Positions 1 to 13,160 of a stretch of DNA of 64,000 bases are shown one piece after another. The stretch lies in NCBI GenBank assembly GCA_002633005.1, contig NMRA01000146.1, positions 431,981 to 495,980 on the forward strand, in the 5' to 3' direction. The position numbers and the translations under genes were made by a program. Below the pieces are notes generated by a model, which did no database searches, was not told the DNA's origin, and was given only the letters and a program-made list of their open reading frames with translations. Each line of letters opens with the position of its first letter. Position 1 is the first letter of the stretch. This DNA comes from Phoronis australis (lineage: Eukaryota; Animalia; Phoronida).

Positions 1-1649
1 TCATACAACGATCAAAACGTGTCCATCTGATAACTGAGTAAATTGAAAAGGTTATGTAATCCAACCTTGAAAATTAACTATAAAATAGACATTCAAATCA
101 GTCGAATACAAATCCTTGAGTGTGCATTACGGGAAAACTTTCAGCGATAGAGAAAAACAGGACCCGTGAGATATTTTACTAGTCGAAGTATTAATGTAAA
201 CTGAATGAAAATTAATAACAATTCTTGTTATTTGAAACCTAAAAGAACAACGATCTCAAGGGAAGGCCATGGATTATGACAAGCTCAATAACTGTCCGTG
301 CATGGTTCGAATTACCCCGTGAGTGGCGCACTATACTCCAATCACTGAACTCAACCAAAATGCAAACGACGCGTCTTGAAATGTGGTAGTCATCCAGAAA
401 ACAGGAGGTGAAGGATTTTCGTTGTTGGACGTTACAAAAACAGCTTGTTATGTCGTTTTAATGTTTCAACACGCACAGATATTTAAGTTCGTGATCGTTA
501 AAAACAGAACTCTGCTGACTAAAGTAATGTGTGACATAAGGTAAAAAATCAAAGGCCACCTAACGATTTTCATTAGGAGCGATGGCCTTTCCTCTCTGAA
601 GGAATAGCGAAGAAAATTACTGACGACTCACAACTAAAAAGAACAATACATGATGTATCAAGAAATGAAACAGATGACTGTCAGGTCATGAATAGACCAC
701 ATGACGGAACTTGAAATGGTGAGAACACCAGTGACACCTTTGGGAAGAAAGAAGTTTTGCCTCGTGTCTGAAAGTAATTGTTTACAGACACGTTGCGGGT
801 GTGAATCCAGCACTCGCAAAGCTAAGAACATTCGAGAATGAAAAAGGGGAGCAACGCAACTTAAAACGCGAGAAAGAGGTCCAACATGGTTTACAGGACC
901 TCCAAATTTGCCCACAGGCTTGAGGACGGGTGGTCCAATTTACCAACACGCATGTTTTTCTGAAATGATCTCTGCATCTGTGGTCTATACCAAACACACC
1001 AAAGAACACTGACACTGCTTTACTTAGGTCGAGATGGAAACACGTGCTCGGATGTCGTCACACTCGAAAACGTCCTAACGGTGTTGTTTTCGGAGAAGTC
1101 TAAAATGGGCAGGACAAGAGGGCTATGTCGCGTAGGAAACCACAATATGCCAGAGTGTCAGAAAGTGCCATGGTACATGTTGATGGTGTAGCGATACTGT
1201 TGGATAGCAGTGAGCAAAAACGCGAACGTGTTTCCAGCACGACTGCAGACAGTGAGTCAATTCTCCATGCTGACATGGTGCCACAATAGTCGCTGATTGT
1301 GATTTGGGCTACGTATACCCGTCTTTTTAAACATTTTACTCAAGCACAGAATTACACGACGTGTGTTCTAAGTAAACCTGGGACTTAAACAACACTTAAT
1401 CAACTAGATTAGGCTCTACATATAACTCTCGTTGAGTGACAGGATTTCAGGCCATGTTTCGAAGTCAACCGGTTGAAGACGGGTGGTGTCACGATTGGCT
1501 ACACTTGGAACATACCTGACCTATCATAGCCGTAGGCTATAGCGGTAATGTGGCATGAATGTTATCGAGGACAACGGTAGAAAGCATCATGATAACTCAA
1601 TAGCGCATCTTTGCATTTAGTAAGCAAACGTATAGTGTATAACATTTAC

Positions 1650-1997
1650 CAGTGACATCCAATGTTCTTGATTTGGACGCTTTGATATCAGGTGCACGTG
1701 AATTGGTAGCAACACACTCTATGGTGCCAGCGTGATATTCATAAGTAATAAGTGCTGACGACGTTGCTTCGTTCATGTTGTCGAAGGCACGGAGGTCACG
1801 TGTTTGCAGATGATTCACTGCACTGTCCACCGTAACAAGCCTTATGTCAATGTCTGAGCCGATGTTGGCGACCCCTGACGTGCATGTCACTTTTAGCGTT
1901 GTGCCGTTGGTAACTACCACATCCTCATCCTCGCTGACTTCAGAGTATTGTCCGCGTAGTAATAAGTCAACCGTGTGAGGTCCTTTAGGCGGACCCG
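1650..1997 (-). CDS. Ig exon A, 116 codons
   Basis: Acceptor gatttgtag|CGGGT, donor ACTG|GTAAAT, 348 nt. LKVTCTS...IECVATN...TLDVT. Confidence 0.87.
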
Positions 1998-2912
1998 CTA
2001 CAAATCGACAAATTACGATTTGCACATATTGGCATACAGATTCATCAATACGATAGTGAAAATTCGGAAGTTTGTAATGATATTTGTTCCACCAAGGATT
2101 CGATTTTGACTGAATCTTCTTAATCTGCCATTATTTGTTTCGAAGTTGGTGGAATCCAATAAAATTCTGCTGGTGCTGAGGTCTTTCTAACACTTAATTC
2201 GTCAAATCGAGTGATTGAGGGCCCTCTCATTTTTGGATACAAATACTTCATGTTTCAGTCCGTAGTCATGAAGACACAGCCTTTGTGGAGGAAGACTCAC
2301 CGGTCGTTGCTCTGATGCTTGGCAAACGAGATGCTACTCTAAATGTGATCAAACTTTAGAAAACATCAATCAATTTTACCCGGGAATATTATCCTTCGTA
2401 TTGGCGTATGGCAACGACCCAACATTTCCGAATCTCAACGCTCTTAGGGATTTTAACCAAAAAACAAAGACAGTTAAATATCTGTATTTTTCTATCGCCG
2501 TCCGAGCAACGCAGAACAAAACTATGCCGATTAGTCATTTAACTGCGAAATCGTAGTGAGCCTCGTTTTGGAGCGCGCTCCTTGTATGAGTGAATTAGGG
2601 ATATGGTCAAAAGTGCTGGTTTCGCCTCTATGCCCGTTTTCATTTCAATTCAAAGACTTTTCAAGATAATTTTGCGCCTCACAAGTGTACATAACATTCA
2701 GACTTGATACGGAGTCGGCGACATGACGCCTGTGAATGACCTCCTATTTGTCGGAAACTTCTTAAACAAGTCACCCTTTCGTAGACGTTTTCCCAACACA
2801 ACCTTTTATAAGCGGTTAAAACAAATCTGATTTTTTGGGGGTTTGTGAGTGATCAAAAACGAACACCAAACGTGAACCTTGTTTAAGGAATTTGACCGAG
2901 GAAAGAGCTTAC

Positions 2913-3245
2913 GGATAAGAGCGACCCGCATTGATCGCAATGCGTGTATCGAATTGTTTTCACTGTTGCTTGCCCGACACCGAATGGTTGATTGGTCGTA
3001 ATCTTTTGATATGTCTACTGCGTTCTTGCCCGAGTACATGAGCCGAGGCAGCCGTTCATTCGTGGCATTAACCACTTTCTTCTGGCCCGACCTAAACTGA
3101 ATCTCGAACTTGAACTCGACATCCTGGAATGACTTGTCAGACACGCAGTAGAGCGTTATCCTGCTGCCCAAGTGCGCCAGGCATGCACCTTCTGATCCAC
3201 GTCGTCCACCCATGCAATAAAACGCCGTTATTTTCTTCGGACCAA
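2913..3245 (-). CDS. Ig exon B, 111 codons
   Basis: Acceptor aatttttcag|TTGGT, donor ATCC|GTAAGC, 333 nt. ITLYCVSD...IRCRASN. Confidence 0.87.
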
Positions 3246-3388
3246 CTGAAAAATTATGAAACCCTTTCAAAATACTCCATTTTCTGGACTCGTTTTACGA
3301 CTTAATAAGCTTACTATGTTTTCGTTGCTCAATCATGATTTGCTTTTGCTAAGTCTGGTGTTGTAACGTGTTGGTAGACTGGACTTAC

Positions 3389-3724
3389 CGAGAACTTCAA
3401 TTTTAGCAGACGATTTAGCTGACAAGTGCTCTGTTCTTTTATTGGTTGCCGTGCATGTAATGATGATACCGTGGTTTTCTTTTACAATGTTCAGCGTTAC
3501 TGCTGTCGAAAAGATTCCGCTGTTCTTTTCTGTTATCCCAGGTTGCGGTATGTGAGACGTTTGTCCTGATTTAGGATTGTACAAGGACACAGCCATGTCC
3601 ACGCCCTCCTTGCAGTAATCTGTGGTACATGCTATCTCAACTGATGTGCCGTGTGTTGTGATGATGGAATTGTCGGGTCCCCAGCGACCACCGGTCTGGT
3701 TCATTGTAATTAAGGTTGGGCCAA
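3389..3724 (-). CDS. Ig exon C1 (type C), 112 codons
   Basis: Acceptor cttacag|TTGGC, donor CTCG|GTAAGT, 336 nt. IACTTDYCKEGV...IITCTATN. Confidence 0.88.
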
Positions 3725-4830
3725 CTGTAAGTGTCCACAGGCTGAGATCAAACGGTTGTAATAACAAAGAACACGAGACACAGACTCTCATATAGATTGA
3801 TCTTAATTTAAGGGGCACAGAGGACGTGCTTTGACATGTATACACCTTAGCTTACCGGGTGCGTGGGTGTCATTTGCAATAGGTAATCAATGCACAGGTA
3901 CCTCATTTATCATTCATTTGTTAGGCGTACCTAAAACTATTTGGAGAGAGCGACAACAAGGTCATGAGGGCAGTAATGGGACTAAAAATTCTAAATCAAA
4001 ACCTAAGCGGTTAAAATGCTTATATAGTCGTTCCCCTGGGGAATGTTTGATCAAACATGTACAAAGAGGCCTCTCCATTTCTTTAATCCGCCTATGTACT
4101 ACCAACCTATTGACACCCATGTCAAAAAACACGTCTTCAAAAATTGGTCAGCTGGTTTGCGCACTTCTCCCAGAGTCCAATATTCCTGTGGGACGCAAAT
4201 GCCCTCATTTAATTAGATAACGGTGGGTTGGCAACTCTCCAACGTCAACAGTGAGGCAAGGCAAAGCAAAACTTCAGTCAAACGTTATTTTGAAAATTGC
4301 TTGGGGTGTTTTGGTGGACGATAGTCTTTAATTCCTTTACGTTCTCTAAATTAGAACACAGGGTGGAGTTTCGTCGGTCGACAAAACTATGAACATATTA
4401 CTCTCAGTCCAATATTTGTTTTTCCCATATTTTGCTTGCATCATGAAAGCACAAATGGTATAAAAGCGCCATTACTCCCAGTAAGTTAAAACATCTCGCT
4501 TAATTTACAAAGGATATGTAGGTGGTGTGGAACGCCTGTGTACCAAAAACTTGATCTGGATGCGTGGCTTTTTCGAATTTTTGTGTAGATTTCAATAACC
4601 TGGGATCTCGCCAGGACATCGCCAGAGAAACAAAGACTGCCAAATTACACCTCTGCCGTGTACATTAACCGAGAACATGATATGTTGGCTAGATTTTAAG
4701 TCTAATCGCGAGACAGATACTGAACTGTGTTCAGATATTGAACTCGGCGTTTAAGGTGGGGAACGCCGGTTTGAGGTAGCAATGCTGTGTTTACTCAGTT
4801 TAATGCAACTATTAATTGAAAAGAATTTAC

Positions 4831-5166
4831 CTGAGACTTGCAAAATCATTGACGCCCTATGTAGGATGTTTGGTCGAAGGCTGTTTTGAGCAATGCAATA
4901 TACTTCTGTATTGTCATACTGCAGGGTAATATTTAGTTCGTAAGTAGCTTTGTATGTATACCCAAGGTGTGGTTCAATAGCTGGATATACTGTCCAGGAG
5001 ACTCTATGCCTTTGAAACTTGTAGTCTATGTTTACCGCCGGTTGAACGTCATCAGTGATGCATTGAATTACGAAGACAGTTCCTGCCGGTACTACACATG
5101 ATGGGTGGAGCTGCATTGAACAGTTGCGGATTCCGCCGAATTTAAACTTCACCAACGTGGGTCCAT
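4831..5166 (-). CDS. Ig exon D1 (type D), 112 codons
   Basis: Acceptor gttgcag|ATGGA, donor TCAG|GTAAAT, 336 nt. IQCITDDVQPAVNI...VYCIAQN. Confidence 0.88.
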
Positions 5167-5449
5167 CTGCAACATCAGTGTCATTAAGGGATGGTAAAAT
5201 CCCTCTTTCAAACCCTGACGCGTAGTTACAGTAGCCATTTCTGGTTGGACCGCAAAAATCATGTCACAACGAAAGTCTTGGCAGTTTAAGTGTGGTTATC
5301 GTGGTTCACCGTGGTGAATAAGAAATGGCAAAAACGAGTGGCATTAGTTTTGAACCTAACTACAAATGTGTACATTTATTCAAGGAATATTGAGTGCTCC
5401 CAGGCATAAGGCCGGGCATGATTTCGTATGTATTTGAAAACAAGGATAA

Positions 5450-8400
5450 TCATTAGTAGATTTTCAGAATATAGACTGACACTGTTTTTGGTTGTTTCAT
5501 TTTGTGTTGTTGTTCTCTTTGACTGGTATGACCCCTGAGTTAAGTACAGTGATCATGCAATTTGTTTACTACAGATTAGTGTGGAACTTTCTAGAAAAAT
5601 GAGGTCAGTGCAATGATGATGTCATTTATTTACTACAGTATAGTGAGGAATTTTCTGTAAGTCTCTAACATGACAGTGATTAATACAGTCTGGAATATTC
5701 TAGAGATTAGCACATGTTTGAAGAATGATTGGGTAGATTCCGGAAAGTTCTAGAAGGTGCTTGAAGTGTTGAAAAGTTCTAGAACAATGCATTAGGCTAT
5801 AAATGCAAAAGCACTGGTTTGCATTAGTCAGTTAATCAGAAGTTAATCAGCAGCTAATCAGAAGAAAAGCAGTTGGAGTTACAGCTGAGTTGCACTAAAG
5901 AGAATCAGCACTTACAGCGCTAGTCAATAGAGAGTCAGCTATAGAGACGGCAGATTATTGAATCAACGAGTGAAAGAGCTACTGAACGTGTCTCAGAAGC
6001 TCATCACAAGTCAAATCTTCGTAGCACTGGCTGGAGCATAGACCAGACATTACGTCGGACGTTTTGTTTGAGTAGGCTTGTGAACTTTTGGTCGAGATTA
6101 ATAAAGGATTAACTTGAACCAATCTTCAGTCAGTCACTGCACCGAAGGCTATTAGCACCGGTCTGTAACAACCTGCGCCCACCCACACACGGGGAAAATG
6201 TGACAATTGACGAGCACGCCAGGAGTTTACTGACGGTAACAAGGTGTGAAAAAGTGGACTGTTGGAATTAACGACTCACTATGGAAACAAGATCTTAAAT
6301 AAGAGAACTGATGGCCCTCAGGCAAGAAATGGGTATTCAGGGAGACGACCTCAGATAGTTTGTGGGAAAACAGCAAGCTGAGGCGGGTGCTGAGGCTGTG
6401 GCAGAGGAAAGGAGGCAAGCTCGTGAAGCTGAGGAGAGAAAGCAAGCTCGGGACGCCGAGGAGAGAAGGCAAACGGGAGAGGCTGAGGCCGAGGAAAGCA
6501 AGCCCGCAAAGCCGAACAGCAGATGGAGAGAGAAAGAATGGAACACAAGAGGGCGCTAGCAGCACTTAAAGCTGAACATGTTGCAGCGGAGGGTAGCCAT
6601 GTGAGGGTGGCGTGAAACCGAAGCTACCTAAGTTTGATGAAAAGCAGGAAGACATGGACAACTTCCTGGAAAGGTTTGAAAGATACGCCGAGAGCCAGGT
6701 TTGGACCCAGAGTGAATGGGCAATCAGTCTCAGTCATTTGTTAACAGGTAAGGGCCTGCAGGTTGACACCAGCCTGTCAATAGCTGATGCACTGGACAAT
6801 GTTACACTCAAGAGAGCCTTGCTGAAGCGTTATGAGCTGACGAAGATGGGTTTTCGCCGACAGCTCCGGGAAGCGAGGGCTGAGAGGGGTGAGACAGCTT
6901 ACCAGTTTGTGGCCCGCATACAGCGCTACCAAGACAGGTGTATCGACATGTCCTACTGTGGCAAAGACTTTGCTGAGTTAATAGATCTGTTAGTGCGTGA
7001 GCAGTACTTGAGCACCTGTACTAAGGACTTGGCTTTGCTCCTGCGAGAGCGAATACCCAAGTCTGTTCCAGATATGGTGGGCTTAACAGAGAGATATGTT
7101 GAGGCCCATGGAGCGGATATAACGAGCACTCAGTCGAAAAGTCCCAAGATAGAGCGGTCAAGACAGACAACCAGAGAGTCGACCAGAAGAAAACTGGTCT
7201 TGCAGAGGAATGGTTTTTCTTCTGTCACAAAACTGAACACCTGGCTAGAGACTGTCGGAAGTGGACACAAGGGATGCAACAACAAAACTCAGCAGCGGTC
7301 AACCACTGAGGATCCCAGAGTAAGGAGAATTCGGTGAAGCGTGCTAATCCTGAACGCGCCTTCAAAGGAAAACTGCGTCTGAACCAGGGGAATGTTGGCA
7401 GGAAGGAGGTCTCAGTATTGCGAGAGACAGGCTGCACGACCATTGGGGTTCGATCCAGTCTAGTCGAACCAGGAGAAAAGACCTGCCGGAAGTGGTCATG
7501 CGAGTTGGCGGACGCTACCAAGAGATGACTGCCTGTCGCCAAGATCAACAACAAGACACCGTACTACACAGGAGAAGTGTTTGCGATGTGTATGAAGCGT
7601 CCAGTGGCCGATTTGAAATTCGGGACGTACCTGGCGCCTTGGACCCAGGGGATGTTGAGCGACAGCAGAGGGCTACTACTGTCAGCGAAGACTGTACAGG
7701 CATGGCCTTGTGCAGGGTCCCAAAGACGACTCTCAGAGGTATACTAATTCCAAAGAGAAGAACCATATGACCTCAACTCTAGAGGGAGAGGAGGCGGTCG
7801 GTGTGTCGGTAGGAACAGATTCTGATGAATCCATCAGGGAGGCGGTGACAGTGACTATCCTTTCTCAGGCAGAGTGACAAAAAGCGAACATTAAGCCTTT
7901 AGCCGTGTCCCCAACCATACAAGAGGTGGGACTAAAGAAGTTTAAAGAAGCTCAGTATGAAGATTCATTATTGAAAAAGCCGTGGGAACAAGCTGAAGCC
8001 AAGGCTCAGTAACAGACCAAAGTCAAGAGGTCATACGATTCAACAAGAAATACTCTCATCGGATATTCAATAAGAAATACTGTGACAAGGTAAAACAAGT
8101 TGTCGTGCCGAGCAGTTTACAGAAGTCCGTGATGAGGCTCGCTCATGAGTATATACTCGGTTGACACCTCGGTGTTAGGATGACGACTGACTGTATCACC
8201 AGCAATTTCTATTCGTCAGGAGTGGCAGAAGAAGTGACCCAATTCTGCAGATCATGCGACATCTGCCAGATGATAATCCCTAAAGGTTGTGTGACCAAGG
8301 TACCCCTGGGAGAAATGCCTTTGATGGAGGAGCCTTTCAAAAGGAGTGCAATCGATCTGATTGGCCATTTAACTCCAGTTTCCGACAAGGGAAACAGATA

Positions 8401-11400
8401 CATTCTGACAGTGGTAGATGTCGCTACAAGATACCCAGAAGCAGTGACGCTACCAAAGATTGAGACAGAGCGTGTGGCTGAAGCATTGCTAGAAGTCTTC
8501 AGTAGAGTAGGGTTCCAACGAGAGATCCTGAGTGATCGTGAAACGCAGTTCACAGCGAAACTGATTAAGGAGGTCAGCAGGTTTGTAGGTGCAAAGCAGC
8601 TGTACACGACCCCTTACAATCCACGCTGTAACGGGCTCTGTGAAAGAATCAACGGTGTTCTAAAGGCCATGCTGATGAAAATGTGTCAAGAAAGACCATA
8701 GGACTGGGACCGGTATCTGCCAGCTGTCCTGTTTACTTACCGGGAAGTCCCGCAATCAAGCGCAGGATTTTCACCCTTTGAGTTGCTATACGGCAGGACA
8801 GTAAAATGTCCGATGCACAAACTGAGCAAATTCTGGACAGGGGAAGACAGCAACGAAGTCCATACTTACCAGTATGTCTTCGAGCCCAGAAACCGCTTAG
8901 AGGAGACCTGCGAGTTGGCTACAAAAAGCTTGTGTAATGCGCAGGGTATTCACAAGCATTACTACGACAAGAAGGCCAGGCAGGTTCAAGTGGGGTGAAA
9001 AGAGTATTAGTATTACTTCCCACAGACCACAATAAGCTAACTCTGCATTGGATGGGACCTTACGAAGTTACAGAAAAAAGTCAACCGTATGGACTATCGA
9101 TTCGACATGAATAGTACTGTTAAGATCTTCCATGCCAATCTGTTGAAGGCGTATCACAAACGCGAGATTGGCAACATCACAGTCAAAGATAAAGCGATCG
9201 GCGCAGTGTTGATTGTTGGCTGACGAAGCGACCCTTCTTGATGAAGACGGTTTAGAGCTTCGGCAGGAGGTTCACAATGAGACCTACAATGACGTTAAGC
9301 TGTGTGAACAGGCACTACAGCTTCTACGTTGCTACCGTGGTATCGTCACCAATGAGCCTGGAGAGACCGATTTGGCCAGCCATGTCATCGAATTGACGGC
9401 AGAACAACCAGTGAGAGTGAGGCCACGTACACTACTCAGGACCTAGTGATCAAGGAAGTGCAGGAGATGTTAAAGTCCTTCTCTCAAACTCCACATGTGG
9501 TTCCAGTATCCGAAAATACTTAATACATAAATTCTTATTTTCGACACCCTTTCCGATATTCTTTTCGCCTTTCTTGCCAAAAGCGATTTTTAACAGTATT
9601 TGACCCTTATCCGTGAGCGTATAATTACCGGCTGTCATCGGTTATTTCCGTACCCTCATTTCCGGCTCATCAGGTCAGGAACTTGTCCTGAACGCCGCCG
9701 TTTTTTCCTTGTAACTGAATGTGCTATGGCTTGCTGGAAAAGTCTTCATTATGTTGTTTTATTAGTAATATCTCGTGATTCGTTTGCATACAGGTGTATG
9801 TAGTGTATTTATAGTTTGTAGTTAGTGGTCGTTGAATTTTTTTGGAATGTTACGCGTACTTACTATGTTAAAATAGCACTGGCGTTTAGTTCCTTACATA
9901 CGCCGCTCGAACCTTGGAACCAATATGGGTCGAACCAATTTTTTTTTTGGTTTTATTTTTTTTCTCGTTTTGAAAAAGTACTTTACTATCATCGGAAAGG
10001 TAGTACATTCTACTCTCATTAAAAATCGAAAAAGTATCAAAATCGGGGCAAGCAGTGTAAAGTTATTGCAAGTTTTGTGGCGAAATTTCGGTCACTTTGT
10101 TTGGATCGCGTCGGCCATATTGGAGGACAGCGGGATAAGTTACGAGTTTAAAACTTTGTGTAAATTGTTTTCGCCAACAAATTACGGTGAAATTAAGTTA
10201 GACATATCTTTACTTACTATTCTGCACGATTTAACAGTGTTCACCAAATTTCAGCCTCGTAGTTGTTACTCATTAAGTGATAAATGTGCTCACAATTCCC
10301 GCTGGACTCTCATTTCTGGCGGCACCGACAACATGGCCACTTTTGCTGAACTGAAAGGCATGTTCCATCGGGTACTTTGTAATTTGTGAAGATTTAACGT
10401 TGATACATTTTGACAAACGTTGCTACAAAAAAAAAACTTTGTTCAATTTTCGTGTTTTTGTGCAAAAATATAAGATATATTCGAATTATTTTACTGTAAA
10501 TTTCCCATTTAGGTGATCTTACGCTAAGCTAAAAATATAGTTGAAATAATTTTGAAATGGTTCTTTGTTTGACTGTCAACTGCTGTTCAAGACTTGATTC
10601 GGTGTCACAAAATGATTCATATTTTTTCTAAATTTTAAGTCTCAGTTGCTTTCAAGTCATATTTTGTAACTTATGCCTTCTTAATTCAGGTTATCAAGTC
10701 AACAATATGAATAATCTTATTTTGAGAAATAAGCTATTTTGGATTGTGAAGCTTCAAGCCTGTAATTCTTGTTCCTTGCAACTTCATATTTTTTTAAATG
10801 ATGCTTGTCAAATTATGGTGTAAGGAAACACTATTCCGTCACCATGGTAATAGTTACATGTATGTCCACTTTCATATCATGGAAACTCTTGCTGTTGAAT
10901 AGTGTTTGTAATGCTAAATGTTGTAAAGTATTGTGCATTTAAGTCACTAATGTTAAAAGTTTGGATCATTTTGGGTTAATGAATAAAAAATGATAACACG
11001 TTGTATTGGACTATCCATACTTATGTGCTCGAATGAGTCCCTTTTTGGAGAACTGGAAAAAGGTCTGCCTCAGTCAAAGAAGCACGGACTCCGAAAAAAA
11101 GTAGAAAATGAGACAATATTCCACTAGAATACAGGAAGTACCAAAATTTAGAGTGCAATTCATAGCTCTGAATATACCCACTGAATCTTATAGCAAAAGA
11201 TAGACATTCCCAAAAATTTCAACCCCCTCCCATTCTTTTAGGCTTCGTGCGCTCATACAAAGTCTGGGAAAATCTTTATTGAAAGACAACAACTTTGCAC
11301 AGTTCGCCAGAAGTAGCCAAGTTCTAAATAAACCTCGTTTGAGCGAGCGCTGTGGCCAGCGACCAGTTAGGCCTAACGGTAGACTTGGCGCAAAGCTGTA

Positions 11401-13160
11401 TAGGCCTACTAACGAGCTGTATTTTGACGATAGTCTTCACTGGTAACTGGTGACTCAGGCTAAATAAGGTCTGCCGCGGCAGTGTGACACAGGACTAACC
11501 AGCCCGTAATTTCATGCAAGTGTCTGAAGCTACCCTTGACTACAAGGTATATGCAGTATTTATGATTTGACCATTTTACCTCGACAAAACAGCTTGCAAC
11601 TGCATGCATTTACCGTTCGCCAGTGTCTGGTGTCGATCCGCACCGGGTCCGAAAGGCTGCGGTCCCGAGTCTGGCAAAATAATTGCTGTCAAAATTTATT
11701 CGCCACATTTATTCAGCAAATTCGATAAAATTGTCCGTAGTTTGATTTTATTAAAATTAAGGCGCGCTGTCGATTATTTTATCCCCGTTTGCTGGCTGGT
11801 AACAGTACAGGCACTGCTCCAGTCGCACTGACGGCGTTTTCTCGGCCTGGGTTCCCGAATGAATTGTACTTCCGGGTTCGCAGCAAGTTCAAAAAGGCAG
11901 TGGTTCTTCGGGTGCGAATCGTGAGTGGCGCGTTCATTTAAGCTCTTTTCGAGTATGGATCTTGTATTAGTTATCGGGTAAGTACTTCTTGGATCCTTAT
12001 AACATCCTCTAACCCTGTAATAAGAGTTAACAACGCGTAAGAGAAGGACTTCAAAGATGAACATCATTGAGCCTTCCACTTCGGCTTACAGCTCTCCTGT
12101 CGTATTGGTGGCTGAAAAGGATGGCCCCACAAGGTTGTGTGTTGACCACCGACGGCTTAATGCAGTGACCAAATTTGACAACGAGCCTATGGGTAACCCA
12201 GAAGCTATTACGGCGACTCTTTAAGGTCAAAGTTTCTTCTCGAAGTTCGACTTCACAAAGGGCTACTGGCAAATTCCCATGGATGAGGTGAGTAAAGAGA
12301 AAAAGGCATTTGTGACTCCTGGAGGCTCTTACCAGTTCCGCAAAATGCCGTTTGGCTTGGGGAATTCAGCGGCCACATTGAACAGGATGCTGAGAAGGAT
12401 ATTGGCAGGCTCAGATAATATCGAGCAGTATGTCGGCGACATGCTACTTCACACTGTCACCTGGGAAGAACATCTCCGCACACTGAGAGACTTGTTTCAG
12501 AGAGTAAAACGAGCAGCTTTGACAGTGAAACCGTCGAAATGCAGTATTGGATACGCAGAGGTGGAGTTCCTTGGACATCTGGTTGAGACGAACAAGATAG
12601 CTATTGACGACCAAAAGCTGATGAATATCCAGGATGCACCAACGCCATCTACTAAGACGGAAGTACGGTCGTTCCCAGGAATAACAGGGTACTGTCGGAA
12701 GTTTGTGCCTAATTATGGACGGATAGCCACACCGTTGACCGATTTACTACAGAAGGAAAAAATCAAAGAAAGTCGTGTGAACCGATAGTCATTACCAGGC
12801 ATTCGGGAGCCCAATCCTACGAGTGCCAGACTTCAGACAGAGATTTATCGATGGCTTAGGGATAGTTTTACTGCAGGAGTTTGACGATTCGATATTCCCT
12901 GTTGCGTATGCCAGCCGGAAGCTTAAAGACAGTGAGCGGCATTCCTTTACTGAAGAGAAAGAGTGTTTAGCGATAGTGTTCGCTGTTAAACATTTTCAGT
13001 TTTATCTCTACGGTCCACAAACCACTGGTATGTATTCAGCGTTGTAAGATTGAAATTCCCAGAGTTATGCGATGGGCTATAGAGTTGCAGAATCATAAAT
13101 TCCGTGTGGAGGATATCCCAGGAAAATGTAACGTCGGTGCAGACTATTTAAGTCGACTAG
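5450..13160 (+). mobile_element. Decayed Ty3/gypsy LTR retrotransposon, Gmr1-type domain order (gag-PR-INT-RT-RH), no 3' LTR seen
   Basis: LTR ends TGTGACA at 6205 (start approximate). PBS tgacgagcacgccaggagt at 6208 resembles the complement of a tRNA-Arg 3' end. Gag/SCAN-like 6612-7337, protease LRETGC about 7410, integrase 8180-8701 (DLIG, SDRETQF, NGLCER), RT 12055-12788 (MPFGL, YVGD), RNase H 12823-13150. Many stops and frameshifts. Confidence 0.9.
9474..12050. mobile_element. Non-autonomous TTAA-specific DNA transposon (Kolobok-like) inserted in gypsy pol
   Basis: TIRs AGTCCTTCTCT...AGAGAAGGACT flanked by TTAA and TCAA. Removing the element restores [15 protein letters not shown] of the gypsy RT. 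Confidence 0.8.

Noticed and set aside
6227-6569. Several overlapping low-complexity ORFs
   Set aside because: They are shadows of the repetitive coiled-coil part of gypsy gag (EERRQARE).
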